Positions 12,001 to 16,755 of a stretch of DNA of 32,000 bases are shown here, one piece after another (within the stretch, counting starts at the first letter, position 1; every line of letters begins with the position of its first letter). The stretch spans positions 60,001 through 92,000 of the forward strand of contig JACPWU010000003.1 in NCBI GenBank assembly GCA_016196885.1. Reading direction: 5' to 3'. The DNA is from Chlamydiota bacterium. Its GTDB lineage: Bacteria > Auribacterota > JACPWU01. The notes below the pieces were generated by a model. It did not search any database and was not told where the DNA came from. It saw nothing but the letters and a program-made list of their open reading frames with translations. A program made the translations under genes and the position numbers.

Positions 12001-15000
12001 GTCCAGGCTCCAGCTTTGAGCCCAGTTCGTCCAATGACCTACGAGAAATCTGCTGGAATTAATGTCCCTCACATCATGACCCTGGATGAAATTCGAAAAG
12101 CCATTGCTCAGATTCCTCGGGATTCTTACCCGGGACTAGGGTTGGCAGCATATGCAGACGGTCTTTTTGTTTACTTGGAGGTACGTCCATCTGTACGGGG
12201 AGAGGGATGGGAGATTCCAGATGTGGTGGAGTTTTTTGTTGAGGATGAGAGGGTGTATTTTGCTACGAGTTGGAAGGGATCGGTATTGTATTTCTACTGT
12301 TCTAATCAAGTGGATGAGGGTGGAGATTTGTTGCCTGCTGCTCCTATTGAAAGAGACGCCTTTGAAGCGGCTCGGGCGAGGAGCCAAGGGCAAGCGCCTT
12401 CTATAGAAGAAGGCGGATCGCCAGCTCCAACCGCTTTACCTGCCTCATCGGGCCCGACGAATCAGGTCGCTACAGGGGAGGGTTCGGAATCAGTTTCTAG
12501 TGAATTAACTCCCCCGGCCCCTCCTAAGAACGGTGAGTCTATAAGCGCAGGAAACCTTTTGCCTGATCAAGGAACGGAAAATCCTTCACTTGATTTAAAA
12601 GCAGAAAACCCTCCCCTGGGTGTAAGGGGAGATGGAGGGGTTAGTGCATTAGCATCTGAACTTGCCCATACATCTAGCGTAGCTCAGCCCTCAAGAGTTG
12701 AATATCTCTCCCCTGGATGTGATGTCTCTGCTTTGATTGCTTCAGATGAAGCTTATGTTTCAAGAGAAGGCTTTCGGCATGAAGACTTGGCCCTACCTTT
12801 AGAGGAAGCCATTAAGCATGCTCTGAAAAGCGTAGTAGGCGAGAGCAATTTTATTTTTGGGAAAGAGACCTATTTTATTTCTTATGGGGGTATAAATTTT
12901 GTTGTGAATGACGGATTAGGAAACTCGTTACAGGCGCGAAGATTTTATAGGGTTACGCGGATAAAGACGTTGGAAACAATTCATTTTCTGGATGTGGCGC
13001 CGCGATTGATCAGAGAACATCATTTGTATGGAGATCCTAAAACATCCTATCGTGTGGAGCCTGCTCAAATTATTGAAATGTTTTATCCTTCAGAATTTGA
13101 TCTTGGGGGAGGGGGGGATGAGGGGGGTGATGGATCTCTTGAATCCAATGAGGATTTTGAAGGTGAGAGTTCTTTGGCTCCTTTAGAAGCAGAAGATTTG
13201 GTGATGGAGGCGTGGGGTCATTGGGGGGAGTTTGGTTCATTGAATAGATCCCCTGAAGGGACTGTACAGAGAATGGGGCGGATTCAACATGATATGACCT
13301 TTGCCCGTGGTTTTCTAGCCAGGGCAGAAGGGGCTTCGGATGTTTCGAAAAGCTTGGTTTTGTTAAATAATGCAGAAGTGCTCTTAAATTCGGCATGGGA
13401 ATCTATATCGGAAGCTGATCAATTAGGCCTAGATCTTGACCTGCAGTTAGGGGTGGATGTTCTTAATGAATTGCTGCGACTCGAAAAGATCAGAGAAAAG
13501 ATTTCTGGGGGAGAAGCTTCTTCAAAACTCAATGGGCATAAAACGGTAACTCCCCCAGCCCCTCTTACTCCAAGAGGGGGGAAAACTGTGGATCTAAGAG
13601 CGGGGAAAGCTGCAGATCTAAGAGGGGGGGGAACTGCAGATCAGGGTTCTTTAAATTTTTCTCGTACTTTAAGTATGGATCCCACGATTTTGCTCGTCTT
13701 ATCTCAAATTTTTTATGGATTTGTCTGGGTTAGTTTGGGGGTTCTCTTACTGGCAGGTTTAATCGGATGGTATGTGGGGTCTCATTCTCAAAACGAAAGT
13801 CCCAGTTTGAAAAAGATGGCAGGGATTGCGATTTTAATCTTGGGGCTTTTTGGGATTGCGATTTCTGCTTCTTCTGACCTTTCAAATCAGCCTTTGGCTG
13901 CATTGCTGCCTCAGCAGACTTCTGATCTGCAAGTAATTGCAAGTAAAACAGAAACTCCCAGAGTTGACGGACCAGTGATAGAAGAGAAAAGAGATGAACT
14001 AAAGCTAGTTGAGATTGCTCCACCTCTTAAGTTTGTAGAGCAGCAAACTTATACATGTTATTTGATTGCTTCTCCAAGTGATGAAACAGAAGAGGGAGAT
14101 GAAGATGATGAGGAGCTGGATGAGATGACCCCTGTAGAGGCAGTGGCAGATGATGGAAGTGAACCAGATTATTTTGATATTGATTATTATGCAAGAGGAG
14201 CATCATCTTACACAATTTCTTATCGTTCTCACATGTTCGGAGTTTTTCCGTATGAGATCTCGGGAAAAGGGGATGCCGAAGATGAAAATATAGAAGATCA
14301 AGAAAAGGTCATCCCCGACTTCATGACCCCCCCTCCCGAAATCATCGAAATGATTATTCAAACATTTGTGAGAGAAGCCAAGGGGAATGGCCTGGATGAT
14401 GCAGCCTTCAAAGAAGAGGCTGAAAAATTGGCTCGGGCCTTGCTCAGACCTGATGTGACGCCTCAAGATATCGAAGCAGCTGCAGATGCGATGATCGCGT
14501 TTGTTGCTGAAGACGGGGTTGAAAGTTCAGCTCAAGGAGCCAGTCTCGATGAGAGTGCGTTACGAAAAATGAAAGAAGATATTTTGCCGATTCTTTTTTA
14601 TATGGCAGATCTTCCTTATGCCGAGTCGCTCATTTTTTCTGTGAGCGATGATGGGTTGTCTCCGGAGCTTTTACGCCGTATGAATGTTTCTAAGGAGATG
14701 CTCAGAAAAGAGGTGGTTGTTGATCTAGGGGGTTCTGTAACCATCGATCTTACCCCGATTTCTCCGAATCTTTTCTCGATCGTCTTAAAAGAAATTATGT
14801 CTGCTAATTCTGAATGGATGAAAACAGGAGTTCTTCCGATTCACATTGCAACTTCTAGTACATTGCCAGAAGGCCTTGAGCTTGTCGCCATTTTTGATCG
14901 CGATAGGAACAAAATCAAAGTTTTCCCGATGACCACCCTGGGGGGTACGCCTCCACTGATCCTCACAAATCGCCGAACACAGACTGAACGTATCCGAGAT

Positions 15001-15039
15001 CAGGCTGGAACTGCTGGTTTACGTGGAAGGCAGTATTAA
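1..15039 (+). CDS. Giant multi-pass membrane protein, 5'-partial (>=5,012 codons in window)
   Basis: This frame is open from nt 1 (codons cgc cag gat precede the track's GTG at 10, no stop) to TAA at 15037-15039. Composition is protein-like throughout, with four hydrophobic helix clusters. Only short shadow ORFs occur in other frames. Confidence 0.85.
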   Translation, partial: RQDVALAFVITLRRQGLSTENAFAHLQDLQRAVERSQSSLNYLESLLGSETSNQVREAVERGDRQALLLLKREIMDGSKVCIDPNVDRYLISLLQFISSEGAVHMDLMLDKMAEVLKAHRKSHLSLQTDLVPGLQIWQAEMSVYGWGELEKVFGKDILQQIQEAVRLDKPEDVAKITLSPDIRHRAEEAMVGSSRGRPVEQYIRYVLLILEIEKAPLTLPFHEVTFFGEDFFKRGASPTFILDYFKARTYLRSSYSLYHRAAGNFESLEPFIEEVDRENKTIMGSQKERRLFVQPLTPPEKLSPGEEGSYLYRFEMGLDSYFDMGNHDIQMSALIVRGEREMLWKFEEMRVKHIPELREQLAEARERGDEKLIEQLEKALEKWKEARIVPFTYREVKEFLEAIKKGEMDKHEIDLFFETALYFQTKLLDSGLVTLDYFNGVSYLVNHFWNEPGLFEWLMQYRTETKIVELWTQEPDKKDLGPEGNRWKIYSLLGRMIAQGTPSSELVERLVNLDLELSGKGVPNDRSKTRMKEGIEAFQILRDVMIEMLGPSLHNQEKKTAFRRLIEELLESPSSLGPSLENWLWGVLESRIGITEAQDWKLNKERLSQVRKDDEKTKADTADRANAIMRERPNLLMKTDLKKSDLRLLGMDPKTADEFWQYLTQSGFLEPNRELDGLLAGNVSQDLRIRLVADERLGGELEALRVGMSEEMREEMTRLLGSPLMQGLDDVLFSSVNAVEELLSAKIPEPLKRYLPVTLLSSMTALEKVKWIREEFLSDPATFELVMSRSVQVQPREPGMEHALEQLKTILLSKNASLKGIFEKHADAVGRIQGALRDAGPSSREYLEGLLALVLPDKLEQSHGKDVVNDNDPFKPLKPLQFTLKWERKLSPELRLHLGQLFEDLIRHREEFEIQPFTDENRSSIRQILGIASTDRNQAFEGLKAYCRDEAVITRALDRAVEGDIEGGLALLEPFAKEDWILRGVFRLKAEKADVQTAVAILDQLYPGFHIDPGYLETLETRMKEGYRASDIRHYLEHRERANALLLVMHNLDDEQVKRSLLRLEGRFPDNFSELFPEERKKFDDAVDGPLKTEITQLAYLVEAYRKLPYRGPRVQFKKTGILYPTYHPEVRVLMALPENELEAKLVQALQDSLGIRLTPEQLERLKMRDISNGDSGEVVNRILNFGNDTADVLRKLSYSNFGVDWRVKLMLSNLEGLDREMPDTVRDELNSALGEDVVHQIETALQMTRTSADSLHQSHISMSEPLRTELTGLLGAPLLDSMNVIFASETVSLGELGEGKGLEPLKPLLGETLVSSIQAVLLDHTIPDPQKITTLRNILSRDEHGATILRMVSLFPGDLAIPNTLDKLHEILPDLDNNSLTILVHLRTLLDPDYFNRLRVLVLADTTACDVIRYHRMDTKDPAYEYFRALRVIVDDKSRVDLLKEIVLDQKFSSPQEGKKISPPKLSEQARQWLSLTMLLTEGSYRPELYNLIRENPATVVSRMRGMILVDQASVDIMANAYVREGLSYHDARQLRDGCTILSEAILSKHKDLRIGSKAPELTEMVYYLSTVLQDSVWGQPVVPTPVVTPSMIREVVEEWFGTIKADLNLSEADYKALIDQVTKNALTPDGKKVRVAPHEIRLVVENARAIWTGAKFTGEEFFPDKPNPKAEKAWKLLRIYWEQENKGRPRTFGDVFIHALRSGKTNLLEYLPQEDLASRSLPQEEELEQYLERNAEILKSVGFGDLHISDIREHELKMNDAMEKVWTYLLKDDLEKKYGDKIETPKGSDEKIPKILLGMGAVGWGVGILANVKTSVKSGRISKILKGSAWLTGIAGRLLFRVACHFLIAFAAAYLFDLSFERGYLDSFLESLGDFFGFIPPKFETGSLPRIFYVLKFMSLNVYKNGLPLLAILVSFFSIYAGGLVAHGLFDRKNQLKNRTRKIVHTAIEILLPVGVFWGLVFTESFGPIGPAFEALGHLVTLTLIFILTLYHTGAIRKLILETLPHYLKVYLKALFLKENMDREKEHALAPLRMNLYMIPHRFVMLIFAIFYGVLITMHVSSSPWLTALVTAMVSLLFWSNAYVSVTGVGDVIIAPRTLNEHPWIKNHGIMPMKYHSALFVPFIASSKTDARDVLMLVHRSFLENVKMCEVTKDDHGTYTIQHFDGTKDPDVPIEFFNQKLRERIQGLSRGGEDFIKIPDPRDQLKVIINSQVKDKEVMQLEIELIKKFQEELGDDRFIWIHRNMDDPFLRKPGTMYDALAGLLLKYFRPAVYTGSVIDKREKIIRTDKESGKKVELLRYDPSDRYGLRERRVFKVEGMKISDDADFSFHMYFYGDDPENPLFEIEEGALYEIQYREEGDRTIRERVHLAHEHEYEISDLDLNHVSIMSRETGKPFKDSRGRVLTPRPLRFSMDSILEYKDSEDRAVKLSIDPEGNTLCLEDYTDPRTNIFYPRGSIYSRAGTHELDFTYHLYKVDWKTDKATLVRDEENKPLRVDIVKRTYTANENHVDLQFLNDFKDTEPAVFLRVGDLTTPKGELPKYKGQELTSKNFEYSGDVLEEGKIITTKIIGSKQFRLRAARDQNGNLIPENEVEILYFDLVPVDGENAKPEIRAVRIATPEDLLHRTRKGDLISGGKINEEVEKKQAVLIKEDGSLEFGENFLGNALKKGLWKTTYGNGFFLKDRKGNLVQDPNQEGRPFIQGQFFGEGDWRRQNPLLPIWKVNPDLIGGFQESGVLTAKEARQMSEKNTVLGDVHSLHMGKRGDEKHYLISRLKEGGAPTPGRQVRGGFLVNEADDYFEVTRENLSEATRKGNDTGGARKGALVHKRIELKNGRWIEVWSVVAEQARDFDLLKPVEDKDTMILREKGKPPILGKKGKEGSGLFYLHNAQTGQVVLDLAGHKVEADHAVEIFHQPDGDNEFLIGTVHYVGSRQALEREFDNDYSIFQEELPFDLGSWGRAHYPTTQTIAQNKLFYPLALMWRLAGKTAFFGKGSHTGSTFLRRIILMEATKAIQRSHDHTEAGAGGSALIEAVEAGRPRRGVAWAYRIVFLGIGLLASAFAPSYISKPVWIIFLLMVNPWWLKNEFKHKGKQMEEAHSSYTFSKARLQEWRVGDNKIQHIKNLYYRAFVYFIRSYTQPRNFPKAIKTLFQAFKETPTLIEKFITWMNFMGIQNDPTFAGWLGLLFFTVFKPGMRELAFPWLSDLLFISAMMLLISVTYQIRPVLRRIFREPSPNMRVWLLRTGRNLLAFVIPIIIAVLVGDFVSTEWTGLTQDLFDGLSHFFRMSYSLTVGQGNRFLSINPWIHIFNSVPYVLTMVLGWGFTSVGRDIVREFYRGMYLVFCSTLVLIRNLWNVTEAGIVALKSHVRSIPAKWTTGSVIEGFMMDNLIKTTDFFKNGLPLFLIGSGPVVLTVLGIIQPTYLGTSYTIIIFSLMLGWLADKWTTDYGMKRFYRFPQMGVAEDRIQELVFSLEEFNLRYKNSDKDEYAFRRRIRQIGGPVLVFSKDKGYELGERDLARLYLSKNYFLAEQELQEIFPLLYIQDNLLDQNINRILKRINKRREGHVELLQKEVLEAILNILRGKENEIKETDLRPFLEYLGEIYDLNHRDVERLYAWCAMNFEKFNRRIVSTFFTWPYEPELRKWLKDRKEKKSWQTIEGKTLDQKLEIFAERFLFKPGVFAGHTRFWQYPLAQDGPWWAYLLVFSAVFVPAWLFFCAYLGFFSFIVPLSFALLATLGMLGSGQYLALSIKSLAHPEARKHQVSLPRYLLQTIFKKLMFWKSGSENVMTTLFYSVLALLKIAAIGLLFNFSHVSAIILFVAGTIAIMSWAMKRSHKILFAVFGTVFTFGLFAEFLLMVEISVGATLFLSALPTLPLVFAAIALYLLYHILNYYLARTDEFWKSAEDEKRMDAIVQSGLGLREELEPGFQEGNNFRTTNPDTQLLIDLGILEGVTSWNRQGGGGSDSEPSDVPPAPWAPPLGEVEGGRPRVEGKSHEREVVDSGVQAPALSPVRPMTYEKSAGINVPHIMTLDEIRKAIAQIPRDSYPGLGLAAYADGLFVYLEVRPSVRGEGWEIPDVVEFFVEDERVYFATSWKGSVLYFYCSNQVDEGGDLLPAAPIERDAFEAARARSQGQAPSIEEGGSPAPTALPASSGPTNQVATGEGSESVSSELTPPAPPKNGESISAGNLLPDQGTENPSLDLKAENPPLGVRGDGGVSALASELAHTSSVAQPSRVEYLSPGCDVSALIASDEAYVSREGFRHEDLALPLEEAIKHALKSVVGESNFIFGKETYFISYGGINFVVNDGLGNSLQARRFYRVTRIKTLETIHFLDVAPRLIREHHLYGDPKTSYRVEPAQIIEMFYPSEFDLGGGGDEGGDGSLESNEDFEGESSLAPLEAEDLVMEAWGHWGEFGSLNRSPEGTVQRMGRIQHDMTFARGFLARAEGASDVSKSLVLLNNAEVLLNSAWESISEADQLGLDLDLQLGVDVLNELLRLEKIREKISGGEASSKLNGHKTVTPPAPLTPRGGKTVDLRAGKAADLRGGGTADQGSLNFSRTLSMDPTILLVLSQIFYGFVWVSLGVLLLAGLIGWYVGSHSQNESPSLKKMAGIAILILGLFGIAISASSDLSNQPLAALLPQQTSDLQVIASKTETPRVDGPVIEEKRDELKLVEIAPPLKFVEQQTYTCYLIASPSDETEEGDEDDEELDEMTPVEAVADDGSEPDYFDIDYYARGASSYTISYRSHMFGVFPYEISGKGDAEDENIEDQEKVIPDFMTPPPEIIEMIIQTFVREAKGNGLDDAAFKEEAEKLARALLRPDVTPQDIEAAADAMIAFVAEDGVESSAQGASLDESALRKMKEDILPILFYMADLPYAESLIFSVSDDGLSPELLRRMNVSKEMLRKEVVVDLGGSVTIDLTPISPNLFSIVLKEIMSANSEWMKTGVLPIHIATSSTLPEGLELVAIFDRDRNKIKVFPMTTLGGTPPLILTNRRTQTERIRDQAGTAGLRGRQY
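5390..6275 (+). other. Hydrophobic helix cluster 1 of gene 1 (~8 predicted TM segments)
   Basis: Translated runs include ILLGMGAVGWGVGILANV, LFRVACHFLIAFAAAYLFDL, GLPLLAILVSFFSIYAGGLVAHGLF, LLPVGVFWGLVF, LVTLTLIFILTLY, FVMLIFAIFYGVLITM and LTALVTAMVSLLFW. Confidence 0.6.
9127..10314 (+). other. Hydrophobic helix cluster 2 of gene 1 (~8 predicted TM segments)
   Basis: Translated runs include VAWAYRIVFLGIGLLASAFA, VWIIFLLMVNPWW, FAGWLGLLFFTVF, LLFISAMMLLISV, LLAFVIPIIIAVLVG, VPYVLTMVLGWGF, LPLFLIGSGPVVLTVLGII and IIIFSLMLGWLA. Confidence 0.6.
11080..11675 (+). other. Hydrophobic helix cluster 3 of gene 1 (~6 predicted TM segments)
   Basis: Translated runs include WWAYLLVFSAVFVPAWLFFCAYLGFFSFIVPLSFALLATLGML, LFYSVLALLKIAAIGLLF, AIILFVAGTIAIMSWA, LFAVFGTVFTFGLFAEFLLMV and LFLSALPTLPLVFAAIALYLLY. 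Confidence 0.6.
12506..12643 (+). mobile_element. MITE-like element copy A, in frame inside gene 1
   Basis: The left end is TAACTCCCCC (12506-12515). The right end is TAAGGGGAGATGGAGGGGTTA (12623-12643), preceded by its partner arm AACCCTCCCCT (12607-12617). The same ends occur at 18605-18753 and 30790-31064. Span is 138 bp = 46 codons. Confidence 0.5.
13548..13647 (+). repeat. Partial copy of the element's left end, followed by a 24-nt tandem repeat (x2.8) containing a G8 run
   Basis: TAACTCCCCC lies at 13548-13557, followed by the hairpin CCCCTCTT/AAGAGGGG (13560-13567 / 13573-13580). The 24-nt units lie at 13579-13602, 13603-13626 and 13627-13647 (partial), encoding GKTVDLRA/GKAADLRG/GGTADQ. 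The G8 run is at 13625-13632. Confidence 0.6.
13687..13870 (+). other. Hydrophobic helix pair near the C-terminus of gene 1
   Basis: Translated runs are ILLVLSQIFYGFVWVSLGVLLLAGLIGWYV and MAGIAILILGLFGIAISA. Confidence 0.55.
14957..15033 (+). repeat. 77-bp direct repeat R1 (coding 3' end of gene 1)
   Basis: 75/77 identical to 15702-15778, with mismatches only at 14963/15708 and 14981/15726. Repeat period is 745 bp. Confidence 0.95.
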
Positions 15040-15051
15040 GATTCTTCAAAA

Positions 15052-15062
15052 TGTGTTACAAT
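15052..15062 (+). promoter_or_regulatory. Extended -10-like box TGTGTTACAAT upstream of the DUF433 gene
   Basis: It matches the TGnTAnAAT pattern. It is 9/11 identical to TGTGATAGAAT at 15787-15797, which sits in the equivalent position after repeat R2. Confidence 0.3.
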
Positions 15063-15092
15063 TGCCTCGTTATTTTGAGGAGAGGAGAGTCT

Positions 15093-15317
15093 ATGAATCC
15101 CTGTATAGAAATTAATCCACGCGTTTGCAGTGGGAAGCCAGTTATTTCGGGAACGAGAATTCCTATCACGGTCATTTTAGATCAACTGGCGGAGGGTCTT
15201 TCTCTTCAAGCACTTCTAACAAAATATCCTGAACTTTCTTTGGAACAAGTGACGGGTGTTTTACGCTATTGTCATTCTGTTATAGAGCATACAGAACTAG
15301 AGAGGGAAATCATTTGA
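15093..15317 (+). CDS. DUF433 (COG2442) family protein, putative antitoxin
   Basis: The translation NPRVCSGKPVISGTRIPITVILDQLAEG...YPELSLEQV carries the GKPxIxGTRIxV core typical of DUF433. A purine-rich RBS GAGGAGAGGAGAG lies at 15077-15089, ATG at 15093 and TGA at 15315-15317. Confidence 0.8.
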   Translation: MNPCIEINPRVCSGKPVISGTRIPITVILDQLAEGLSLQALLTKYPELSLEQVTGVLRYCHSVIEHTELEREII

Positions 15318-15688
15318 AGTCTTTGCATTTATTGTTGGATCAAATGATAGATTCAAATGTTGCAAACGAACTTTCTCAAGAGGGGTATGATGTCCTAAGA
15401 GTGTCTCAAGTCGGTATGGCGAGATCAGATGATGAAGAGATTTTCAGTCTTGCCATTAGAGACAAGAGAATTTTGATCACATTGGATGAGCATTTTGGAG
15501 ATTGGGCGGTCCTTCCTTTGAACCAAATACATTCAGGAGTGATTCGAGTGAGGGTTAAGCCTACTTCTGGACGTGCGATTGCTTCTCTCTTAATTCCTTT
15601 TTTAGATAAACACAAACAAAAAAGTTTTAACAATTATCTTGTTATTATTGGGGTTTCAGGTTCTCGCTGGGTTAAAACTGTTGCCTAA
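15314..15688 (+). CDS. DUF5615 / PIN-like (COG4634) protein, putative toxin
   Basis: The translation LLLDQMIDSNVANELSQEGYDVLRV...SDDEEIFSLAIRDKRILITLDEHFGD follows the DUF5615 pattern. A TTG start at 15314 overlaps the upstream TGA (TTGA), with a GAGGGA RBS upstream. An alternative ATG lies at 15344. Stop is TAA at 15686-15688. Confidence 0.75.
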   Translation: MKSLHLLLDQMIDSNVANELSQEGYDVLRVSQVGMARSDDEEIFSLAIRDKRILITLDEHFGDWAVLPLNQIHSGVIRVRVKPTSGRAIASLLIPFLDKHKQKSFNNYLVIIGVSGSRWVKTVA

Positions 15689-15701
15689 CGGCTCAAGCAT
15701 T

Positions 15702-15778
15702 TGATCCCCACAAATCGCCGAACACCGACTGAACGTATCCGAGATCAGGCTGGAACTGCTGGTTTACGTGGAAGGCAG
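15702..15778 (+). repeat. 77-bp direct repeat R2 (non-coding copy of the gene 1 terminus)
   Basis: 75/77 identical to R1. It is followed by atgtaa (15779-15784), so it would encode ...LRGRQM-stop if it were joined to gene 1. Confidence 0.95.
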
Positions 15779-15786
15779 ATGTAAAC

Positions 15787-15797
15787 TGTGATAGAAT
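15787..15797 (+). promoter_or_regulatory. Extended -10-like box TGTGATAGAAT upstream of the MNT gene
   Basis: It matches the TGnTAnAAT pattern and lies 64 nt upstream of ATG 15861. It is conserved with the box at 15052-15062. Confidence 0.3.
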
Positions 15798-15860
15798 GTT
15801 AAGAGTAGCCAGGGAAAAGGCCATTCTGAAGATTCTACAATATTCTGTGAGGATGATGCG

Positions 15861-16190
15861 ATGTTTCTGAGTCCGCAAGAACGCTCTGCGTTGCAAGATT
15901 TCAAAAAAGTTTTACTAGAACGCTTCCGTTCGCAAGTGAGCGAAATATTTCTTTTTGGTTCCAAGGCGCGTGGCGATTCGAAAAGTGATTCGGACATTGA
16001 TGTTTTGGTGATCACCCAGCAAGATGACTGGAAACTCAAGGATAAAATAGGACGACTTGCAACGGATATTCTTCTCGACGAAGGTATTTATTTGTCTATT
16101 AAAGTATTAGGGCAAAAACATTATCAATACATGAAATGGTTGGAGGCGCCGTTTATTAAGAATGTTTTAAAAGAGGGTATTCTTGTGTGA
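15861..16190 (+). CDS. Minimal nucleotidyltransferase (MNT, Pol-beta superfamily), putative antitoxin
   Basis: LFGSKARGDSKSDSDIDVLV is the GS-x(n)-DxD nucleotidyltransferase signature. A GAGGA RBS lies 7 nt upstream of the ATG. The TGA stop overlaps the next start (GTGA). Confidence 0.85.
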   Translation: MFLSPQERSALQDFKKVLLERFRSQVSEIFLFGSKARGDSKSDSDIDVLVITQQDDWKLKDKIGRLATDILLDEGIYLSIKVLGQKHYQYMKWLEAPFIKNVLKEGILV

Positions 16191-16600
16191 ATATTGATGA
16201 AAAAATTCTCGAATATATTCGAGAGGAAATGAAAAAAGCAGATCGTGCCTTGAAATCGGCTCAAAAACTTTTGTCGGAGTCCCTGACTGAGGATGCTGTT
16301 TCCCGTGCTTACTATGCAGTGTTTCATGGTGCTCGTTCGGCACTGATGTTGAAAGGAATTGAAACGGGTTCCCATAAAGGTTTAATCAGTCAGTTTGCAA
16401 TGCATTTGGTGAAGCCAGGTTTGATAGAGGTTGAATATAGCGATATTTTGAGGCAGGAAAAAGAGGATCGAGAAACAGGAGATTACGAGACTTTTGTCAC
16501 CTTCAGCAGTGAAGAAGCTATGAAGTTGGTGAACGATGCTCAAAAATTTGTCTTGCGAATACGAAAATTTCTGCAGGACCAGTCTGGAATTGTCCTTTAG
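16187..16600 (+). CDS. HEPN domain protein (PF05168-like), putative toxin partner of the MNT
   Basis: AVSRAYYAVFHGARSALMLKGIETGSHKG and EDRETGDYE match the HEPN layout found next to MNT genes. The GTG start at 16187 is coupled to the MNT stop. Stop is TAG at 16598-16600. Confidence 0.8.
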   Translation: MNIDEKILEYIREEMKKADRALKSAQKLLSESLTEDAVSRAYYAVFHGARSALMLKGIETGSHKGLISQFAMHLVKPGLIEVEYSDILRQEKEDRETGDYETFVTFSSEEAMKLVNDAQKFVLRIRKFLQDQSGIVL

Positions 16601-16664
16601 GGATAAAGATGGAAAATTTTTATAGGCATATGCACTTGGCTCCAGTATTCTTGATCCCTCAAGC

Positions 16665-16720
16665 GTAGTCGCCCGATTTATCGGGCAATCCATGTATGGC
16701 CCCATAAATGGGGCGACTAC
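16665..16720. repeat. Double-hairpin palindromic (REP-like) element, copy 1
   Basis: GTAGTC [GCCCGAtttaTCGGGC] aatccatgtatg [GCCCCAtaaaTGGGGC] GACTAC. The reverse-complement copy at 30815-30859 has the 12-nt spacer reduced to 1 nt. Confidence 0.85.
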
Positions 16721-16755
16721 AAATGGACGACACTTTTCCCCAATCTTTTCTCGAT

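Noticed and set aside
13579-13647. CRISPR-like reading of the 24-nt tandem units here, and of the 46-nt units at 30910-31001.
   Set aside because: The units are directly adjacent with no unique spacers, there are fewer than three copies, and the first set lies inside a coding frame.
159-14466. About 35 short ORFs (60-145 aa) on the minus strand or in alternate plus frames inside gene 1.
   Set aside because: All are embedded in a continuous 15-kb ORF with protein-like composition. Their translations are low-complexity or Ser/Pro/Arg/Leu-rich, as expected for shadow frames, and I saw no RBS or family motifs.
15051-15313. The longer N-terminal extensions given by the ORF track for the DUF433 ORF (start 15051) and the DUF5615 ORF (start 15269).
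   Set aside because: The family-typical sequence begins at ATG 15093 (with a strong RBS) and at TTG 15314 (coupled to the upstream stop). The extensions (MCYNCLVILRRGES, MSFCYRAYRTREGNH) look non-native, and the second overlaps the DUF433 coding end.
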